Source of the DNA: Clostridiaceae bacterium BRH_c20a
Lineage (GTDB): Bacteria; Bacillota; Peptococcia; Peptococcales; BICA1-8
DNA length: 64,000 nt
Direction of reading: 5' to 3'
Assembly (NCBI GenBank): GCA_000961765.1
Contig: LADT01000026.1
Coordinates: 88,541-152,540 of the forward strand
Positions 56,041-64,000 of the stretch are shown here, in pieces. Below the pieces are notes generated by a model. That model made no database searches. It worked only from the letters and a program-made list of their open reading frames with translations, and had not been told where the DNA came from. A program made the translations under genes and the position numbers. The first letter of the stretch is position 1, and the number at the start of each line of letters is the position of its first letter.

Positions 56041-56096
56041 AGATATAAATAAAAATGCCCATAATCCTATTCCTAGAGGAACAGAACTATGGACAT
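56041..56096 (-). terminator. Intrinsic terminator in the amtB leader (possible ANTAR-controlled attenuator)
   Basis: The minus-strand RNA reads ATGTCCATAG...TTCC-TCTA-GGAA...TTATGGGCAT followed by TTTTTATTTAT. Confidence 0.6.
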
Positions 56097-56119
56097 CATT
56101 GCCCAAAAACTATGCTATT

Positions 56120-56716
56120 TTAAAGTTCGTAATCATAAATTACTTTCTGAGCGATTGTTCTAAGAGGAGTACCCGTCTCCATACTTTTCATCTGCAGGTA
56201 ATGATGAGCATCAGGTTCAGTCATTCCCTTTCTTTTAATCAAAAGCTCTTTAGCTTGAGTAATTTTTTTCTTTTCAACAAGGGTCGCGTTAAGTTTAATT
56301 ATTCTCTGTTCTAATTCAGATATTTTTTTATAACTGGCTATAGTCGTTGTCAGGGCAATTCTAAACTGATCTTCGGTAAAAGGTGTTGTTAAGTAGGTGG
56401 AAGCATAAGCTTCCTTAGTAATAATATCTTCTATCGCTTGTCGGTAAATAAGCTGAGATACTATAAAGATTATCGGTGAAATTTTCTCGCGGGTTATTAT
56501 TTTACTAATCTGTATGCCATTAGGTCCGTGAGAACCAGGTTCAAAAATAATTAATTTGGGTGATTGCAGTCTAGCCAATCTTAATAGGTTATCAGCATCC
56601 TTTGCTTCTTGGACTAAGGTGGAGCCCATATGATTTAAGTAGCTTTTTATCTGTTGGGTTAATTCTTTGCAGTGAATTCCTAATACTACTGATGTTCCCA
56701 TTGGCCACAAGCCCAC
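56120..56716 (-). CDS. ANTAR-domain RNA-binding antiterminator with a degenerate (pseudo-)receiver domain
   Basis: C-terminal ANTAR: KKITQAKELLIKRKGMTEPDAHHYLQMKSMETGTPLRTIAQKVI. The receiver-like N-terminus lacks the DD pair and has Glu (IIFEP) at the phospho-acceptor position. Confidence 0.8.
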   Translation of the reverse strand: MGLWPMGTSVVLGIHCKELTQQIKSYLNHMGSTLVQEAKDADNLLRLARLQSPKLIIFEPGSHGPNGIQISKIITREKISPIIFIVSQLIYRQAIEDIITKEAYASTYLTTPFTEDQFRIALTTTIASYKKISELEQRIIKLNATLVEKKKITQAKELLIKRKGMTEPDAHHYLQMKSMETGTPLRTIAQKVIYDYEL

Positions 56717-56969
56717 CTTCTAAAGAAAAATAAAACATCCCAGAAAAAGGTAGAAGTACCTTTTTCTGGGACGTCTTTGTCCGTATGATAATTATTGTGC
56801 GCCATTGCACTTAATTTATTATAATTTTAAGCCAGCTTCAACGATGTGTCAACTAGGATAGAGAATGTATACAAAATAATTAAAGTTTAAAAATAGGCCG
56901 AAGGTATAATAATTTTCTTATAAAAAGTTAAGACTAATAATAATTATAAACTAAAAAAGGGGAATATTT

Positions 56970-57098
56970 ATGGACCATAAAAACAAATTAGATCAAGTCC
57001 CGCTAGGTAACGTATCTGAACAGGAACTCCAACAGATTAAAGAGTTGGAACAAAAGCTAGAAGATAAATTTTATCTAATTGCCTTTAATAGAAAATAA
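56970..57098 (+). CDS. Hypothetical 42-aa protein
   Basis: AAGGGG RBS, ATG at 56970, and a strong terminator immediately downstream. No family recognised. Confidence 0.35.
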   Translation: MDHKNKLDQVPLGNVSEQELQQIKELEQKLEDKFYLIAFNRK

Positions 57099-57104
57099 TT
57101 ATTT

Positions 57105-57126
57105 AGCCCTTCGGGGCTTTTTTTTA
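57105..57126 (+). terminator. Rho-independent terminator
   Basis: AGCCC-ttcg-GGGCT followed by T9. Confidence 0.85.
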
Positions 57127-57182
57127 TTCATATTATTGCTAGCTGGTCCATATATATAAATAAGCATGGAGAAAATTTTGCT

Positions 57183-57935
57183 GTGGCAAGCCTTATAGAT
57201 AGAGGAGGAGATTTACTAATGCCTGAACTTTGGAAACCGCAGTCGCGAAAAACTTTGGGTAACAATACCCGTTACTATAAGGGGAGAGCAAAAAGGGATT
57301 TTAGTTTATTAAGAAATAGGTTATTTATGCAGACTATGTCGGTGATGGTAATTTTTTTATTTATTTGGGTGGTATTTCAGTTTAATGGGCCATTATTTGT
57401 TGGAATGCAGGACGCTGTTAGGACATGGTTCACTAAGGATACCGATGTTACTCCTGTTGTTAATGTAATTAAAAAAATTGGTATTTATGGGGATTCCTTT
57501 GAAAGAGCAGGTTATGAGGTCATAGCTCCTAATGTAGCAACTGCAGTTCTTGAACCTATGACAATACCGGTATCGGGTACAGTGACCAAACCTTATGGTT
57601 GGACTATGGTTGAGGGACAGTCTGCTTTTCATGATGGAATTGAAATCGAGGCTCCCTTGGGTACAACTATTAAAGCAGCATACGATGGGACAGTTTTAGA
57701 GATTAAAAATCAGGAAGAAACTAGGATGATCTCTATTTCTCACAAGGATGGTTTAGTTACAACATATAGCTATTGCAGTGAGGTCTTAGTTAAGGTTGAC
57801 CAGCAGGTTACACAGGGGCAGGTTATTGCAAAAGTAGGAAGTAGACCAGGCGAAAAACAAGGCAAGTTGTACTTTGAGGTTAATAAACTAGGGGAGCCCA
57901 TTAATCCAATGGATCTTTTGTCTACCTCTCTCTGA
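57183..57935 (+). CDS. Membrane-anchored M23/LytM-domain protein with degenerate active site (SpoIVFA/EnvC-like)
   Basis: One TM helix. The LytM fold reads FHDGIEIEAP...ISHKDG...LYFEV, and the HxH of canonical PHLHFEV is lost. Confidence 0.7.
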   Translation: MASLIDRGGDLLMPELWKPQSRKTLGNNTRYYKGRAKRDFSLLRNRLFMQTMSVMVIFLFIWVVFQFNGPLFVGMQDAVRTWFTKDTDVTPVVNVIKKIGIYGDSFERAGYEVIAPNVATAVLEPMTIPVSGTVTKPYGWTMVEGQSAFHDGIEIEAPLGTTIKAAYDGTVLEIKNQEETRMISISHKDGLVTTYSYCSEVLVKVDQQVTQGQVIAKVGSRPGEKQGKLYFEVNKLGEPINPMDLLSTSL

Positions 57936-58063
57936 AATCAAGGTTAAGGTTAAGGCTGAGGTTGAGGAAAAACTAAGAAAAGAAGATTTCACTTCGTTAG
58001 ATTAAGATTCCGCTTCGCTAGATTTAGATATCTTGTCTGATATTAAAGCTCTGATTGTGTTAT

Positions 58064-58141
58064 GTCATCCTGAGGGAGGTACGACTGAAGGATCTTAAGA
58101 TTTTTCACTACGTAAGATCCTTCGCTATCGCTCAGGATGAC
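58064..58141. repeat. Nested 78-nt palindromic element (GTCATCCTGAG...CTCAGGATGAC)
   Basis: Outer arms are GTCATCCTGAG/CTCAGGATGAC. Inner arms are GAAGGATCTTA/TAAGATCCTTC. Confidence 0.9.
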
Positions 58142-58457
58142 AGGGATGCTTTTGTTTATAGTGGTGTGGTCAATAGGTGATAATTGTGAAGGCTTTAGCC
58201 TGTGTCAATCTACAGGTTGGAAATCGCCGTGTGGTGCACGATGACAGTGTTAATATGATTTTATGCTTAACAAGAAGTACTTTTGTTAAGCATATTTTTA
58301 TATAATGTTATTTCTCAACCTTAACCTAACGAAACGAAGTGAAGTGAAGCCTTAACCTAGCAAACCAGCTTAGCTGGTTTGCTCCCGTTTGCCTTTTTTT
58401 TTATTTCAGAGTACTATATTTGTATACCATAATTTAACTTTGGAAAGGAAATTATAG

Positions 58458-60347
58458 ATGCGCCAGTTAATTGAAAATAAAATTTTGCCAAAAGTAGAGA
58501 AGCCTTTACGATATTTGGGTGATGAATGGAATGTAGAAAAGAAAGATTGGGATAGTGTTCGTCTCAAAACTGCTTTTGCCTTCCCGGATATATATGAGAT
58601 TGGTATGTCCCACTTGGGGCTTAGAATTATTTATCATCTTGTTAATGACAGAAAAGACTTTTTAATGGAAAGAGTTTTTGCACCGTGGACTGATATGGAG
58701 GAGGAACTTAAAAAAAATAACCTACCCTTATTCAGCATTGAGTCCTATAAGCCTTTAAATGAGTTTGATGTAGTGGCCTTTACTCTCCAATATGAAATGA
58801 GCTTTTCTAATATTTTAAATATGCTTGACCTAGGCAGGGTTCCTGTCAGGAGTTCGGAAAGGGGTAATAGTGACCCTCTAGTTATAGCAGGAGGGCCTTG
58901 TGCTTATAACCCTGAACCCTTAGCTGATTTTATTGATGCTTTTGTAATCGGGGAAGGGGAAGAAGTAACTCTCGAGGTTTTTGAAGTTATTGCCCGGCAT
59001 AAAGAGGCAAGAAATGGGCAGATGCAAAGAGAGCAACTTTTAGAGGAACTTATTGGTATAGCAGGTGTATACATACCTAAATTTTATCATGTCAATTACC
59101 TTCCTGATGGAAAAGTGAAGGAAATACAGCAGTTAAATGAAAATGCACCTAAATTCATTGCTAAAAGATATATGAAAAATTTGGATACTGCCTTCTACCC
59201 CACTAAGCCAATAGTTCCCTACCTGGAGGTTATTCATGATAGAGCCATGCTGGAGGTATTGAGGGGATGTACCAGGGGCTGTCGTTTTTGCCAGGCTGGA
59301 ATGCTCTATCGTCCTGTAAGGGAACGGCATCCTGAAGTATTAAAGGAACAGGCGGAAAAACTCATCAGAAACACAGGGTATAATGAGATTTCCCTAACAT
59401 CTTTGAGTTCAAGTGATTATACCTGTATCGAACCGGTAATAAAAGAACTTTTAGATAAATATAGTGAAGAAGGTATAGGAATTTCCTTACCTTCTTTAAG
59501 GGTAGACTCTTTTTCTATGGATCTGGCCAATCAGATGCAACGGGTAAGAAAAAGCAGCTTGACCTTTGCCCCTGAGGCGGGAACCCAGAGGCTTCGAGAT
59601 GTTATTAATAAAGGTGTGACAGAGGAAAATCTGATGCAGGTCAGTGAGGCTGCATTTCGGGAAGGCTGGCATAAGATAAAGCTTTATTTTATGCTGGGAT
59701 TGCCTACTGAGACAAATGAGGATCTGGATGGGATTGCCGACTTAGCCTATAAGGTGCTTGTTATAGGAGATAGGGTTCGGAGAGAGCAAGGTATGAAGGG
59801 ACCTCAACCCCAGATAACTATTAGTGTAGCCGGCTTTGTACCGAAAGCCCATACACCTTTTCAATGGGTATCCCAAACCAGACTAGCTGAGTTAAAGGAA
59901 AAGCAGCAGTATCTGAGAAGTAAAATTAAAAATAAGAGAGTCACCTATAACTATCATGATGCCCAGCTGAGCTTTATTGAAGCTATTTTTGCCAAAGGTG
60001 ATAGGAAGCTTGGAAAGGCTCTATATACTGCTTGGCAAAAGGGCTGTAAATTTGATGGCTGGAGCCAGCATTTCAAATATGAGACCTGGCTGGAAACTAT
60101 CAAAGAAGTAGGCTTAGACCCCGAGTGGTATGCTTATCGAGAGCTGGATTATAATGATATTCTTCCTTGGGATCATATTAATATAGGAGTAAAAAAGCAA
60201 TATTTAATTCAAGAACACGAGAAGGCTATGGAAATAGCGGTGACGGAGGACTGCCGTTTTAATGACTGTACTGTTTGTGGTATCTGCCAAGATTTTGATG
60301 TAGCTTTGGATTTAAAAGGAGGCAAACCCGGTGAACTTAAGAGTTAA
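58458..60347 (+). CDS. B12-binding-domain radical SAM protein (TIGR03960-like)
   Basis: CTRGCRFCQAG cluster motif in a 629-aa protein, with conserved pairing to the following DUF2344 gene. Confidence 0.85.
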   Translation: MRQLIENKILPKVEKPLRYLGDEWNVEKKDWDSVRLKTAFAFPDIYEIGMSHLGLRIIYHLVNDRKDFLMERVFAPWTDMEEELKKNNLPLFSIESYKPLNEFDVVAFTLQYEMSFSNILNMLDLGRVPVRSSERGNSDPLVIAGGPCAYNPEPLADFIDAFVIGEGEEVTLEVFEVIARHKEARNGQMQREQLLEELIGIAGVYIPKFYHVNYLPDGKVKEIQQLNENAPKFIAKRYMKNLDTAFYPTKPIVPYLEVIHDRAMLEVLRGCTRGCRFCQAGMLYRPVRERHPEVLKEQAEKLIRNTGYNEISLTSLSSSDYTCIEPVIKELLDKYSEEGIGISLPSLRVDSFSMDLANQMQRVRKSSLTFAPEAGTQRLRDVINKGVTEENLMQVSEAAFREGWHKIKLYFMLGLPTETNEDLDGIADLAYKVLVIGDRVRREQGMKGPQPQITISVAGFVPKAHTPFQWVSQTRLAELKEKQQYLRSKIKNKRVTYNYHDAQLSFIEAIFAKGDRKLGKALYTAWQKGCKFDGWSQHFKYETWLETIKEVGLDPEWYAYRELDYNDILPWDHINIGVKKQYLIQEHEKAMEIAVTEDCRFNDCTVCGICQDFDVALDLKGGKPGELKS

Positions 60348-61029
60348 ATATGGTAAAACCGACCAGGGGAAATTTATTTCCCATCTGGATTTAATTCGAG
60401 CCTGGGAGCGGACTTTTCGCAGAGCAAGAACTCCTATTTCTTATAGTCAGGGTTTTAATCCCCATCCCAAGGTATCCTTTGGGTCAGCTCTAGCAGTAGG
60501 GTTAACAAGCACCGGAGAATACATGGATATTGTTTTAAAAAGTAATTTTCCAATACAGGAAATTAAAGGAGAATTGGCGAAATACTTACCTGCTGGGTTA
60601 ATTGTATATGATATAAAGGAAATAGACCCTAAAGCAACCCCTTTGATGGCAGTTATTAATAGGGCTAAGTATTTAGTGGGGATTAATCTTTTTCAGGATG
60701 TAAATCAACAAGAATTGGACAATATTCTTAACGATCTATTACAGCAAGAGAAAATAATTATACTGCGTAATACTAAGAAGGGCTTGCGGGAAAGGGATAT
60801 TCGTGCGGGTATTTTTGAGTTAGAAGCAAAAGTGATAGATAAAAATAAGGTTGAGCTGGTAATGGTTGTAGAAACTGGCAGTGGAGGTAATGTGCGCCCC
60901 GAGGAGGTTGTAGAAGCCCTTAAGGAAAAAGGATTATCTATAGAGTCTGAAACAATAAATATTCATCGAGAAGGTCTATATATCAGTAGTGATACTGGCT
61001 TAAATACCCCCCTCAGTGTCACAGTTTAA
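60331..61029 (+). CDS. DUF2344 (TIGR03936-like) radical-SAM-associated protein
   Basis: RVKYGKTDQGKFISHLDLIRAWERTFRRA N-terminus. Overlaps the radical SAM gene. Confidence 0.75.
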   Translation: MNLRVKYGKTDQGKFISHLDLIRAWERTFRRARTPISYSQGFNPHPKVSFGSALAVGLTSTGEYMDIVLKSNFPIQEIKGELAKYLPAGLIVYDIKEIDPKATPLMAVINRAKYLVGINLFQDVNQQELDNILNDLLQQEKIIILRNTKKGLRERDIRAGIFELEAKVIDKNKVELVMVVETGSGGNVRPEEVVEALKEKGLSIESETINIHREGLYISSDTGLNTPLSVTV

Positions 61030-61041
61030 GGAGAGGAGTTT

Positions 61042-62709
61042 ATGAACAAAGAGATTATTGTACAGTCTAATGAGGATGAAACTCAAGTTGTCGTTTTAGA
61101 AGATGAACAATTGGTGGAGATATACATTGAACGAAGTGTAAGTGATCGTTTAGTGGGGAGCATATATAAGGGTAAGGTTGAAAATGTATTACCTGGAATG
61201 CAGGCTGCTTTTGTCGATATCGGCATGGAAAAGAATGCCTTCTTATATGTTGAAGATGCTATCATAAGCGGTTCTTATCATGATAATGGTGCCAAACTTA
61301 ATATCAGGGATATCCTAAAGGAGGGGCAGGAAGTTTTAGTTCAGGTTGTCAAAGAGCCTGTGGGAAATAAAGGTCCGAGGGTAACTAGACAATTGACATT
61401 ACCTGGCCGCTTTCTGGTTTTTATGCCTAGTCTTGACTATGTAGGAATCTCCAGGCGCATATGTGAGGAAGGGGAACGGGAGAGGCTCAAGAATATTGTG
61501 GAAAAAATCAAGAGTAAGGATATAGGAGCTATTATTCGTACAGTAGCTGAGGGTGCGTCTGAGGAGGAAATAGCTGAGGATTTAGAAATTCTCCAAAAAA
61601 CCTGGCAGAAAATTAAGCATAAAGACAAGATATCGGGGGCGCCCATTCTTATTCATAAAGATTTGGAGCTGGTGAAAAGAATTTTGCGGGATGTGGTTAC
61701 TGATGATGTCCGCAGGATAACTGTAAACTCCCAGTTTACTTATGAACAGATTATGGAGCTTGCCGGCAACAAATCCCTAAAGTATAAAGTTAATCTTGTT
61801 GAAGAACAGGATTTATTTACTAAACACAACATCCGTCAGGAAATGGCCAGGGCTTTAAAGAGAAAAGTTTGGTTAAAAAGTGGGGGATATATCGTAATTG
61901 ACCAAACTGAAGCCTTGGCAAGTATAGATGTGAATACTGGTAAATATGTTGGTAGTGTAGATTTAGCAGATACAGTTCTAAAAATAAACTTAGAAGCAAC
62001 AGTGGAAATAGCTCGCCAACTGCGTCTTAGAAATATAGGCGGAATAATTATTATTGATTTCATCGATATGGAAAATGAAGAGCATCGTAAAGAGGTATTA
62101 ATGAAACTAGAGGAACAACTTCATAAGGATAAGACTAAGGCTCATATTTTAGGCATAACCTCCTTAGGGCTAGTTGAAATGACTCGCAAAAAGATGCGGC
62201 ACTCTTTGAGCACCTCATTGGAAAAAATTTGCCCTTGCTGTGAAGGTAAAGGGAGGATTTTTTCGGAAAATACCATTGCCATTAAAGTTAAGGAAGAACT
62301 AAGAGAATTAGCCAGTCGAACAATGGGTGAGACGATTTTAGTAAATGCCAATCCAGATGTAACAGCTCTTCTAATTGGACCGGGAGGAACATTGTTAAAG
62401 CAGTTAGAAAATAGACTAAAAAAGGAAGTCATAGTTCGCGGGAGAAAAAATCTAGCTCTTCATGATTATGATATTCAAGTTGTTTATGGGACCCATGAAT
62501 TAAAGAACAATGTTATTCCCGTTGAAGAAACCCAGCTGGTTAAGGTGAGGATTGAAGAACCCCACAGTCAGAGACCCAGTGATGGAATTGGCCGGATCGA
62601 GGGCTATATTATTGATATCGAAAATGGAGGCAGGTTGGTTGGCAAAGAGGTTCTTGTGGAGATAGTAAAGCTATATAGAACAAATGCTAAGGCAGTGATT
62701 GTACAGTAA
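61042..62709 (+). CDS. rng: Rne/Rng-family ribonuclease (RNase G/E-like)
   Basis: S1 domain GSIYKGKVENVLPGMQAAFVDIG. The catalytic region has IDVNTGKYVG and IIIIDFIDM, with a CPCCEGKG zinc link. Confidence 0.85.
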   Translation: MNKEIIVQSNEDETQVVVLEDEQLVEIYIERSVSDRLVGSIYKGKVENVLPGMQAAFVDIGMEKNAFLYVEDAIISGSYHDNGAKLNIRDILKEGQEVLVQVVKEPVGNKGPRVTRQLTLPGRFLVFMPSLDYVGISRRICEEGERERLKNIVEKIKSKDIGAIIRTVAEGASEEEIAEDLEILQKTWQKIKHKDKISGAPILIHKDLELVKRILRDVVTDDVRRITVNSQFTYEQIMELAGNKSLKYKVNLVEEQDLFTKHNIRQEMARALKRKVWLKSGGYIVIDQTEALASIDVNTGKYVGSVDLADTVLKINLEATVEIARQLRLRNIGGIIIIDFIDMENEEHRKEVLMKLEEQLHKDKTKAHILGITSLGLVEMTRKKMRHSLSTSLEKICPCCEGKGRIFSENTIAIKVKEELRELASRTMGETILVNANPDVTALLIGPGGTLLKQLENRLKKEVIVRGRKNLALHDYDIQVVYGTHELKNNVIPVEETQLVKVRIEEPHSQRPSDGIGRIEGYIIDIENGGRLVGKEVLVEIVKLYRTNAKAVIVQ

Positions 62710-62731
62710 CAAGCAAAAATTGGAGGAAAGT

Positions 62732-63439
62732 ATGGGTATTTTTGCATTGGGTGATCCCCACTTATCATTTAATGAAAAAGGTGAAGTATATAAACCTATG
62801 GGTATTTTCGGGGAAAACTGGTTGAATCATGATAGAAAAATAAAAGAAAACTGGGAAGCTTTAGTTTTACCAAAAGATATAGTACTAGTACCGGGGGATT
62901 TATCTTGGGCACTCAAACTAGAGGAAGCCAAATATGACCTGGAGTTTTTGGGAAAATTGCCAGGTAAAAAAATAATAGTTAAGGGTAATCATGATCTATG
63001 GTGGCAGGGAATTGGTAAGGTCAGAAAGCTTCTGCCGGAGGGTATGGAAGCTATACAAAATGATAATATACTACTAGCAAATAAGATAGCAATCTGTGGA
63101 ACTAGGGGCTGGACTTGTCCGGGTGAAAAAAGTTTTACAGCTGATGACTATAAAATTTATGAGCGGGAATTAGGGCGACTTCGTCGATCACTAGCTAGCA
63201 TAAATGACGATGTTAAAGATATAATAGTAATGTTGCATTATCCTCCCACTAATGGAAAACATGAAAAGAGTGGATTTATTGAATTATTACTTGAATATAA
63301 GGTGCAAACCTGTGTTTATGCCCACCTTCACAGTGATTCTATTAAAGGAGCTTTGCCTGATGAAAAATGGGGGATAAAATTTTATCTTGTAAGCGCAGAT
63401 GCGGTGGGATTTACACCCAAGAAGATAGTGGATTTATAA
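62732..63439 (+). CDS. Calcineurin-like metallophosphoesterase
   Basis: GDPHL, GDLSW, GNHDLWW and the later HYPP motifs. The ATG at 62732 follows GGAGGA (the ORF is open from 62699). Confidence 0.75.
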   Translation: MGIFALGDPHLSFNEKGEVYKPMGIFGENWLNHDRKIKENWEALVLPKDIVLVPGDLSWALKLEEAKYDLEFLGKLPGKKIIVKGNHDLWWQGIGKVRKLLPEGMEAIQNDNILLANKIAICGTRGWTCPGEKSFTADDYKIYERELGRLRRSLASINDDVKDIIVMLHYPPTNGKHEKSGFIELLLEYKVQTCVYAHLHSDSIKGALPDEKWGIKFYLVSADAVGFTPKKIVDL

Positions 63440-63638
63440 AATGCGTGCCCAGTACTCAGTGACCAGTGTCCAGATAGACATTTTATTGGGATAGAATTAT
63501 GGGCTTGACATTTGCTTAATAGTATTCTATTGCGTCTGACAATACTTTTGGGTACATATTATGCGTCTGACACAATCATTGCATGTCATTATGACTGTCA
63601 TTGCGAGCGTATGCGAAGCAATCTCTACGTCTTTTTTC

Positions 63639-63670
63639 TGTAGCACTGTAGCATTGTAGCACTGTAGCAT
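63639..63670. repeat. TGTAGCAY octamer x4
   Basis: tgtagcac tgtagcat tgtagcac tgtagcat. Confidence 0.9.
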
Positions 63671-63674
63671 TGTT

Positions 63675-63725
63675 GGGGACATTCCTCTGACAGCAAAGTA
63701 TTACCTATTAGAGAGGTGTGTCCCC
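63675..63725. repeat. GGGGAC-type REP-like hairpin (single copy)
   Basis: GGGGACATTCCTCT-N..-AGAGAGGTGTGTCCCC. Same family as the 18636..18795 array. Confidence 0.8.
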
Positions 63726-63762
63726 TGTCCAGCACAAACGGCGCAGCCGTTTTCTAAGGTAT

Positions 63763-63791
63763 TGACTTGCATATAGGAATATAGTATACTT
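63763..63791 (+). promoter_or_regulatory. Sigma-A-type promoter for rplU
   Basis: TTGACT, a 17-nt spacer, then TATACT. Confidence 0.65.
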
Positions 63792-63794
63792 TTT

Positions 63795-63900
63795 TATTGT
63801 AGGCAGTAGACTCAAGTTTACTGTTGAAACCGCACAGGTTGGGTCTTAAAGCGAAACTTGCTACCTAGACTTGGCGAGTATGAGACAGGGAGGTGTAACA
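63795..63900 (+). promoter_or_regulatory. rplU 5' leader (position of the Firmicute L21 ribosomal-protein leader)
   Basis: About 105 nt of untranslated leader between the promoter and rplU. Its structure was not verified. Confidence 0.4.
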
Positions 63901-64000
63901 ATGTACGCAATAATCGAAACAGGCGGTAAACAGTATAAGGTTCAAGAAGGCGATACTTTAAAAGTAGAACTTTTAGATGTTGAAGCTGGTCAACCTGTTG
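63901..64000 (+). CDS. rplU: Ribosomal protein L21 (3' end outside window)
   Basis: [23 protein letters not shown]... Confidence 0.95.
   Translation, partial: MYAIIETGGKQYKVQEGDTLKVELLDVEAGQPV

Noticed and set aside
58161-58244. 27-codon Cys-containing ORF (VVWSIGDNCEGFSLCQSTGWKSPCGAR) about 215 nt upstream of a radical SAM gene: possible RiPP precursor?
   Set aside because: It has a GTG start with no Shine-Dalgarno and lies inside a repeat-rich spacer before a terminator-like hairpin. The radical SAM gene belongs to the widely conserved housekeeping pair with DUF2344 and RNase G, not to a RiPP-type cluster (no transporter or peptidase).

Overview
The window is AT-rich and looks like an anaerobic Firmicute (Clostridia- or Halanaerobiales-like). 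That assignment is inferred from gene content only. All family calls come from reading the translated ORFs and the DNA by eye; no database search or computation was run.

Layout:
- 0-10.5 kb: end of a MenA-like prenyltransferase, a CPBP protease, then a locus with two arylsulfotransferase (ASST)-like enzymes, a permease, a Crp/Fnr regulator, thioredoxin, a thioredoxin-reductase-like protein and a glutaredoxin fusion.
- 10.5-24.2 kb: a large alpha-glucan/glycogen locus (GT4 synthase-like, NDP-sugar pyrophosphorylase/PGM fusion, CBM protein, GlgP, GH57, DUF4912, GH13, MalQ, ROK glucokinase, cupin-type PGI).
- 24.2-35 kb: sucCD, a lone NapC/NirT tetraheme cytochrome, and assorted housekeeping genes, including a 73-aa protein that is about one third methionine.
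- 32.8-39.4 kb: a 7TMR-DISM histidine kinase, plus a [FeFe]-hydrogenase-like sensor fused to HPt, a CheA-type kinase domain and a CheX-like domain, with a REC-STAS-like response regulator.
- 39.5-49.1 kb: a visibly GC-richer accessory mosaic. It holds a RAYT/IS200-like unit with 25-bp inverted ends, three broken IS110-family recombinase copies, Rhs/YD-repeat toxin fragments with immunity genes, and a HEPN/MNT toxin-antitoxin pair.
- 49.3-64 kb: core genes (P-loop ATPase, heterodimeric ABC exporter, ANTAR regulator with amtB-glnB, degenerate M23 protein, radical SAM/DUF2344/RNase G cluster, phosphoesterase, start of rplU).

Most interesting signal: a hairpin-rich, ORF-free leader of about 0.6-0.8 kb sits directly 5' of the IS110-type recombinase start. 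It occurs twice (about 42.0-42.8 kb and 48.4-49.0 kb). Stems differ in sequence but stay paired at equivalent positions, and the blocks between them are perfectly conserved. This makes it a candidate recombinase-associated guide RNA (bridge-RNA-like), or a new large structured RNA.
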